DNA from: Octopus bimaculoides
Taxonomy: Eukaryota
Reading direction: 5' to 3'
DNA: 44,527 nt
NCBI RefSeq assembly: GCF_001194135.2
Contig: NC_068986.1
Coordinates: 64,518,279-64,562,805 of the forward strand
Both the position numbers and the translations under genes were made by a program. Below are positions 37,130 to 44,527 of this stretch, in pieces (the first letter of the stretch is position 1; every line of letters begins with the position of its first letter). The notes under the pieces are model-generated. The model searched no databases. It saw only the letters and a list, made by a program, of their open reading frames with translations, and had not been told where the DNA came from.

Positions 37130-37324
37130 AATTATGTGTGTGTGTGTGTGTATGTGTGTTTGTGTGTGCGTGTGTGTTTGTGAGTGTGTGTGAGTGAGTG
37201 TGTGTAAGAGAGAGAGAGAAAGAGAGAGAAGGAAAGAGGGAGAGTGAGAGAGTGCGAGATAGAAAGAGAAAGAGAGAGATAGAAAGAGAAAGAGAGAGAG
37301 AGAGAAAGTGAGAGAGAGAGAGAG

Positions 37325-37376
<52 letters not shown>
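37130..37376. repeat. (GT)n followed by (GA)n microsatellites
   Basis: Direct reading. Confidence 0.95.
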
Positions 37377-37378
<2 letters not shown>

Positions 37379-37879
37379 GCCAATGTCATAAATGCATTCG
37401 TAACATATTAAACGTACCCTTTCATACTGATCTCTTACGTTCATCACATGCCTGTCTGCATGAACTGCGATGTTGTTTTAGTCTAATTGTAGCTTTGATA
37501 TCTGTATTATAATGGAGAAAGCTGCTTATTAATTAGGTATGTAACAGTTACTAAAAGTATGGAAATTATTTTATAAATTCGTGTTCCAAGAAATTTCCTA
37601 TAATTTCGAATTCTGAACTTTATTGAATTTTTGAACTCCAATTTTTCACAAATTTAAATATTCGTTGCATTCACTGCGGAGTATTCAATTTTCATTTGCA
37701 AAGTCTCTCACTTTCTATTTTAATGTTTCCATTTCAAGCTTTAATTAGCTATTTGGAAAACCGACAGTTTATTCTATTAATATATATGTAATGTAAAGAC
37801 ATTATTTATTGAATGAAAATTTTTTACATATGCCGGAATAATTTTTGTTGTTATGGCTGCTTTGAACGATATAAGCCTT

Positions 37880-39070
37880 ACAATAATAACTATCCGCACC
37901 GATTTTGGCCATTTTCTTTTTTAACTTAAAAACCATGGGAGGAGCCTTTTCGGTAAAAAAAAGTAAATATTTTCAGAGGAAAAGGTAAACAACTCAAGGG
38001 AAGTTTCGCTGTTGTTTCTAGCACAACCCAAACCACCCTCCGTTTTCACTCTGACATGTATTGATTTGTTTTCAATATTTCCTTCCCATTAAACACATTT
38101 TATGGGATGATGATGTCGAAGTAACACACACGTGGTCCATTGGTGGAATATAAGCAACAAAAAAATAACTGTAATCTAAATTNNNNNNNNNNATATTTTC
38201 TAAGAGAAAAGTATGCTATTAAAATGTATCATCGTTTACGTAACTCTTTTTTATTCACCGTGGATAAATGCCAGCAATAACTTTCTCAGGGTCTCCAATA
38301 TTTTAATTTCTGAACAGAAACAATCAAGGGCAGGGAGTAGGGTTTCAAAAGATTCATAATTTCTCAAATTTTCTTTTTTGCATATAAATGTATTTATGGG
38401 GGAAAATATTGAAAAACATCAATACATGCGAGAGTGATAACAAAACGAGGAGGGTTGTTTTTGGATTGCTAGAAACAATAGCCAGATCTCTAAATCATTC
38501 TGAAAATATTAACAATTTAAAAAAAAAATTACCGAAAAGGCTTCTCTCATGGTTTTGAAGTGCAAAAAGATTGGCTAAAATAGGTCCGGAGTGGGATGAC
38601 GAAGTAGAGAGGGCGGTGTTGTAAAAAAATTTTCAAAACATTTTTCATATGAAAATGCCTCAACCCCACCATTTCGAAGGCTATGGTTTAAAAATATGGG
38701 GGAAATCCCTGTCAAAACAGAGTAGTTGTAACTTATTTGGCCTTCCTGATCCAAAACTCCGTTTTACCGAAACTCCTCTCCCCACCCCTCGGAAAAAATT
38801 TTCGCCGCAAATTTCTTCATAATTATAATCTATGCGGCTTGAAAGGTATTTGTATAAACTTTCATTAAACGATACTCATTTCTTGGAAGTTATGAGGGGA
38901 AAAAGTCGGATCACGTGAATTTTCCCAAACTCCTCTCTCCGCTCCCTTCGGAAATATTCTTTCCCATAAATCTCTATATACGCTGAAGCCACAACATCTA
39001 AGCGGTATTTGTAGAAAATTTCGTTAAAAAGTATCCATTTTCTGGATGTTATGAGGCAACAAAGTCGGGG
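37880..39070. mobile_element. Degenerate non-autonomous DNA-transposon-like structure: about 220-bp imperfect inverted repeats plus two about 150-bp direct subrepeats
   Basis: 37880-38105 is an imperfect reverse complement of 38378-38590 (AAAACCATG-GAG-AGCCTTTTCGGTAA and CATGTATTGAT-TTTTCAATATTT blocks). 38773-38925 resembles 38930-39070. Confidence 0.6.
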
Positions 39071-39608
39071 GCATATACATCTGTAGTTATGCCTTTTTAT
39101 TTCTATTCATTCATTGTTTGCAATGTTCTCTGTCTCCTCCTCTCTCTCTTTTTCTTACACTCACTGCAAAGCTTACAGATGGGCTGCTTAATTAAAATCT
39201 TTATGCTGCTTTGAAAGAAAGGTAAATCTTGACAAATTGCCTCTTCCTCCGTAGTTGGACTGCCTTGATGCTTGTTTAAAAAAGAGAGAATATGATTGTG
39301 ATAAAATAATGAAATAAGCAAGTGAGCACTATTATACAAAGAAAAAATTAGACGTAAAATAATATAAAAATTATTAGAACTGGGAATCAAATGTGAAAAA
39401 ATTATCAAGTGGCTAGCAGAAAGCCGCCTGAAGGTGGTCTTTCTGCTAGTATTTTTAATTGTCCTTTCGTTAAAGTGTTTATTTTATTGCGACACTTGTG
39501 TTCCATTTATGTATTCATATATAGTTCACTATAGGAAGCATGTTCCGGTACTTGTGTAGCTTTCTGTATGCATAATATTGGCTTCTTCTGTAGCAGCACA
39601 CACATACG

Positions 39609-39678
<70 letters not shown>

Positions 39679-40479
39679 GCACGCACATGCACACGCACAT
39701 GCACACACACACATACATATGTATTTATGTGTATATAATATCGCATGAAACAGTGTTGAATAAAAAAAATTTCTGTACAGTCATATTTCACACGTACGTG
39801 TGTTTCGGATGTGATAAGACCGTTAGCTGCGGAGATTGTCCTACGAGACAATTCTCCTCCTAGACATGAATGAAAACGGTTGTTTTGGTAGTTGGAGTTG
39901 TAAATTAGGTCACTGAATCGTAGGATATATGCGTTTCTGCGTGGCATCGCTTTGTAAGTTATTAAAATCAGTGTTTTCACACCTCAAATGAGAACGAAAC
40001 TATTCTTATTAAACATCATACAGAATATTTGTTGATATGAGTGTTGTTTAATTAAGCTAGAATTAAAAAGGAAAATATTGTTGCATGAAGCAGCGTTGGA
40101 TATAAATTATCAGTGTAAATGTATTTGGCCGTTATGAGATCTTAAATCTGTGGAAATACTTCTGGAAATATGCATATCAGCAAACATTCTGAATGCTGTT
40201 TTAATAAGAATAATTTTGTTCTTATTTAGGCTCTGAATGACATATTTGGTTCCAGTAACACCATTTCCAACCCCAAAATATGTTTTAACGGGATTAGGTA
40301 GAGAATTTTCTCCTGGAACTATCTACGCAGCTAAAGGTTCTATTACGTTCCAATACACCCAAACATATCAAATATGACTACACTCACAGACACACACATA
40401 CACACACACACGCACGCATGCACACTCACACACACACACACGCATGCACACTCACACACACGCGCACATGCACGCATGT

Positions 40480-40519
<40 letters not shown>

Positions 40520-40598
40520 ACAAAGTTTAAGGCTTTAGAAAATCCGTACATACATGTTTAAACGACTTGAAAAATATGGTAATTTTATCAATCAACCA

Positions 40599-40662
<64 letters not shown>

Positions 40663-40786
40663 GTCTGTCTGTCTGTCTGCACACACATACACATAAATAT
40701 ACACACTTGATTAATATAACATAGTGAGCAGTAATTTTCTATATCAAAATGTTTAAGTTTAAAACAGAGAAATTGTTTTTGCTCAC

Positions 40787-40860
40787 CTGTGCACCACAAA
40801 CTCAAACACATTGAGATTCCCAGATACAGAATATTTCATCAGGCTGGATTCAATTTCTTT
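40787..40860 (-). CDS. Candidate isolated 74-nt coding exon of an unidentified gene (KEIESSLMKYSVSGNLNVFEFVVH)
   Basis: ttttctttttaatttgaag| acceptor, open phase-0 frame, CAG|gtgagc donor. No homology recognised and no partner exon established. Confidence 0.3.
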
Positions 40861-41397
40861 CTTCAAATTAAAAAGAAAATATTTGTTTTTATTTATATGT
40901 TCCTGTCCAAATTTCTATTTCTTCTGTGCTTTTTCTTCCCCTGCCCTGTTTCTGCAAACATTCGAGTTATGCCAGCAACGTAGTTCAGATCTTATGAGAA
41001 AATTTTTTTCAATTTTCTCAGAGACTGACACAGCATGATGACGTCTTAACAAGTAGCAGGATATCTATCATCTGATATTATCCATCGTCCTTTTCTGTTT
41101 TTAACAACGGATTCGACGGAAGAAATTGATTAAATAGATATATTGTCTGATAGTGTTTTACCTCATTGACTTAGTTACTCTAAAGTCAACCCAGCTATCA
41201 TCTCCACATCTACTTATCATAGTTAACGTCATTCAAACATTTGTCTCCGTTTTTTTATTTTTCTTTCTCGCTAAATGACAAAATAAATGAAGGTCTGCGA
41301 GATAAAAATCAGTTAGAAAACAAACAGAGGAAACAATGGTTCATAACATGCATACATACATACATGCATACACTTATAGATACAGACATATTTATAT

Positions 41398-41437
<40 letters not shown>

Positions 41438-41939
41438 TGTATGTATGTATGTATGAAGAGGTTCACTGAATAATTAAAAAAGTGCATGTTAATATTTGTA
41501 GGTTCCCACGCATACACAAACGCAAATGTATATATAATGTGTATGCATATAATCAAGACTTATCTTCCATTTGTTTACATTCATTAGAGTATGTATTATT
41601 TCCTCATCGCAGCATGCACCAGCACAGAAATATTGTGTGGGCACGATTACATGCACACACAAACACGCACACATATATTTTGGTCCGGTTGATACACCAA
41701 CAATTGGTCTTGTGAATAATTGCTATATATTGCGTGATAAAGAAGAAAATCTCGTTAATTAAAAAAACGGAGGAGGTGGAGAGTCAATGAAACGTCAAGA
41801 GTCCTCGCATTGCAACATAGTGTAAATATTCCATATTATTTTCCCGTTTGTGTAATTCACCTAATACCGACTGCCTTTTGCGATTATCTCGCTTAGATGT
41901 ATTCATACCGTAGCGCGTAGATTCAAGTGCGTATCAATC

Positions 41940-42410
<471 letters not shown>

Positions 42411-42584
42411 TCTTTCTCTCAACACTTTACCGTCTCTACAATAAATAAATAAAATAAAAACGGTGATTTGGAAACTAGATGATGTGGTCGTAGAAAGAAT
42501 TTTTGATAAAAAGGTCAGGGTAGTCACGGCCGAAGCACCTTTCGCCGTAATGCTACTTGATCATGGTTGACCTGGGAATAAGCA

Positions 42585-42725
42585 GCAATAACAACAATAA
42601 TAATAACAATAACAATAATAACAAGCACGAGGACGACGACAACAACGACGACAAAGCTGATGACAACGATGACAAAGCTGCTAACGACAACAACAACAAC
42701 GACGATGACAACAACAACAACAACC
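42585..42725. repeat. (AAC/AAT/GAC)n trinucleotide repeat
   Basis: Direct reading. Gives the poly-N/D ORF 42557..42784. Confidence 0.9.
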
Positions 42726-42839
42726 TTGCAGACAATATAGCACGTACGTTTATTGGGATATTTTACCAGTTTTACTTACCATAATTTGTCAATGGAAATG
42801 TGACGATGCTATTATCTCAGGTTAATGGATAAAAATGAG

Positions 42840-43130
42840 CTTTTAAGGGTTGTAATCGAACGAATCGACCCCAATACACTTTGATTCTTCTTATTTTTTG
42901 TTTGTTTTTGCCTTTCGACTTTCAGGGTCGATAAATTAAGTACCAGTTGAGTACTGGGGTCGAGGTGATCGACTGTCCCCTTCCCCACAAAATCCAGGCT
43001 TTGTGCCTATAATAGAAAGAATTGTTTTAAAGCCTGACACTTACTCTTTGGGTCTATTTTGTCGATCTGCTAAGTACGTAAACAAACCAACAACGGTTGT
43101 CAATCAGCAGTGATGGACAAACATAAAGAC
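42840..43130. mobile_element. Nested SINEs: family A (+, about 42910-43025) inside family B (-)
   Basis: Family B text AATCGAACGAATCGACCCCA stops at about 42890 and resumes at about 43040 (TTTGTCGATCTGCTAAG...CGGTTGTCAA), with a family A 3' half between. Confidence 0.65.
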
Positions 43131-44322
43131 GACCAAGATGCTCTCATGAAATATGGCCAAATGAGGTTTATTTTTCAACAAAGTACCCCATGCGGCCCGC
43201 ACTCTTCTTCCATTGGTATTGCAGTGCTTTGATTCCATTAATGAAGAAGCTTTTACCCTGCTGGTCAAAAAGTCAACAGACATGACGTCATCTTCACTAC
43301 AATACTGGTTCCCAGCCCAGTTTTTTTTTCCGTGTTGGGGAAAGATAATAGTCAGATGGGGCCAAATCAGAAGAATAGGGAATTTGGTCAACCAGTTCAA
43401 AGCCACGGTCACACACAAGAGCCATTCAAAGCGACGACTTATATGCTCGAGTATTATCCTGATGAAATAAGACCACTTTTATCAGTTTTACTGGGCGTTT
43501 GGTCTTGGTAGCCTTTCGTAACAGCTTCTGCAAGTTGGCATAGTACTCTCAATACATTTTGCATTCCATAAAACTGAGGTCATCACCTTCCTGCAGATGA
43601 AACGACCTTGGTCTCTTTTGGAGCAGGTGAGATGGGGTATTTCCACTACATGGATTGTTTCTTTGTCTCTGGCTCGCAGTGATGTACTCAACACTTATCT
43701 TGGGTTAGGAAACGTTCAAGGAAACCGGCTGGATCTGCTTCAAATAATATCAGATCAGCTTGGTGCACTTTTGATCAGATGTCAGAAGACTGGCACTAAA
43801 CGAGCAGTTGCCTCTGTCATGCCAAATTCATTGTGCAAAATATTCTTAACTCTCTCACGAGATATGCTAATAACATTGGCTATTTAACTGGTAGTCAATC
43901 ACCTGCCATGGATCACATTGTGGTGAACACGATCAATGTTTTCTTTGGCGATGGCAGTTACAGGACGATCAGATTTTGGGTCATCTTTACAACTCTACCT
44001 TCCTCACCTAAATTCAGCAGCCTACTTTTGCATTGTTGATAACGCTGGAGCTTCATCTCCTAATGTAGCAGCCTTGCCTGCATGAATGTCTTTGGGGCTT
44101 GGTGGCGAAACCTTTTTTCTGCAGGTACTTGATAACACCACGATACCAAATTTTGTTCATTTTCAAGAGAAGTCGCTACGAGTTAGTTTTAAAGTCTTTG
44201 AACAGTCAGGTGTCAGCTTACCAGGTAAGAAACAATGTAGTTATTAATAACTGTTGAAATTAATGCATGCAAGATTTCACTCCTTCACAGTCAACCTATG
44301 AACTTTTCAGCCTACCCACGTA
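43130..44322 (-). mobile_element. DD34D mariner transposon, near full length, one TIR retained
   Basis: TIR (reverse) TACGTGGGTAGGCTGAAAAGTTCATAGGTTGAC at 44290-44322 ending in TA. The opposite TIR is replaced by SINE B sequence at about 43130. Confidence 0.92.
43168..44160 (-). pseudogene. Mariner transposase pseudogene
   Basis: MNKIWYRGVIKYLQKKG...TARLVP..LTSDQK...FLERFLTQDK...SAGKVMTSVLW...VLFHQDN-(34 aa)-PYSSDLAPSDYY...YFVEK*. Multiple stops and frameshifts. Confidence 0.92.
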
Positions 44323-44394
44323 CATACATACATGCATACATACATACATACATACATGCATACATACATGCATACATACATGCATACATATGTG

Positions 44395-44523
44395 TGCGTG
44401 CGTGCGTATGGTGTGTGCGTGCGTATGGTGTGTGCGTGCGTATGGTGTGTGCGTGCGTATGGTGTGTGCGTGCGTATGGTGTGTGCGTACGTATGGTGTG
44501 TGCGTGCGTATGGTGTGTGCGTG
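44395..44523. repeat. 17-bp minisatellite (GGTGTGTGCGTGCGTAT), about 7 copies, preceded by (TACA/TGCA)n
   Basis: Direct reading. Confidence 0.9.
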
Positions 44524-44527
44524 TTGG

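Noticed and set aside
40820-40850. CTGATGA on the minus strand inside the candidate exon, and other CUGANGA words at about 1143, 8323, 9198, 22918 and 26418
   Set aside because: None has a properly spaced stem II followed by GAAA and a stem I partner.
44395-44523. Regular short repeats as a CRISPR-like array
   Set aside because: Head-to-tail minisatellite without unique spacers, in a eukaryotic context with no cas genes.

Overview
AT-rich, microsatellite-dense animal genomic DNA with ten N gaps. The SINE and microsatellite content looks like an Octopus (coleoid cephalopod) scaffold; this is an inference from repeat recognition. No complete host protein-coding gene can be supported, and almost all ORF-track hits are microsatellite read-throughs. 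The window is mostly intron/intergenic-like sequence filled with decayed transposons: two IR/DR-type Tc1 right ends, a DD37D (maT) element, a near full-length DD34D mariner, two RTE LINE pieces (one ending in three C2H2 zinc fingers), an R4/Dong-clade REL-endonuclease LINE fragment, an L2/CR1-like fragment and about 20 SINE copies. The most notable signal is not in the ORF track. Two separate insertions (5923-7989 and 13751-14233) share a fold-back design: inverted arms, each built around a minimal type I hammerhead ribozyme, a central (TAA)n tract, and flanking direct repeats ending in ATATT. One copy has an R4/Dong fragment in its TAA tract. A hammerhead of a different family lies at 14852-14933.
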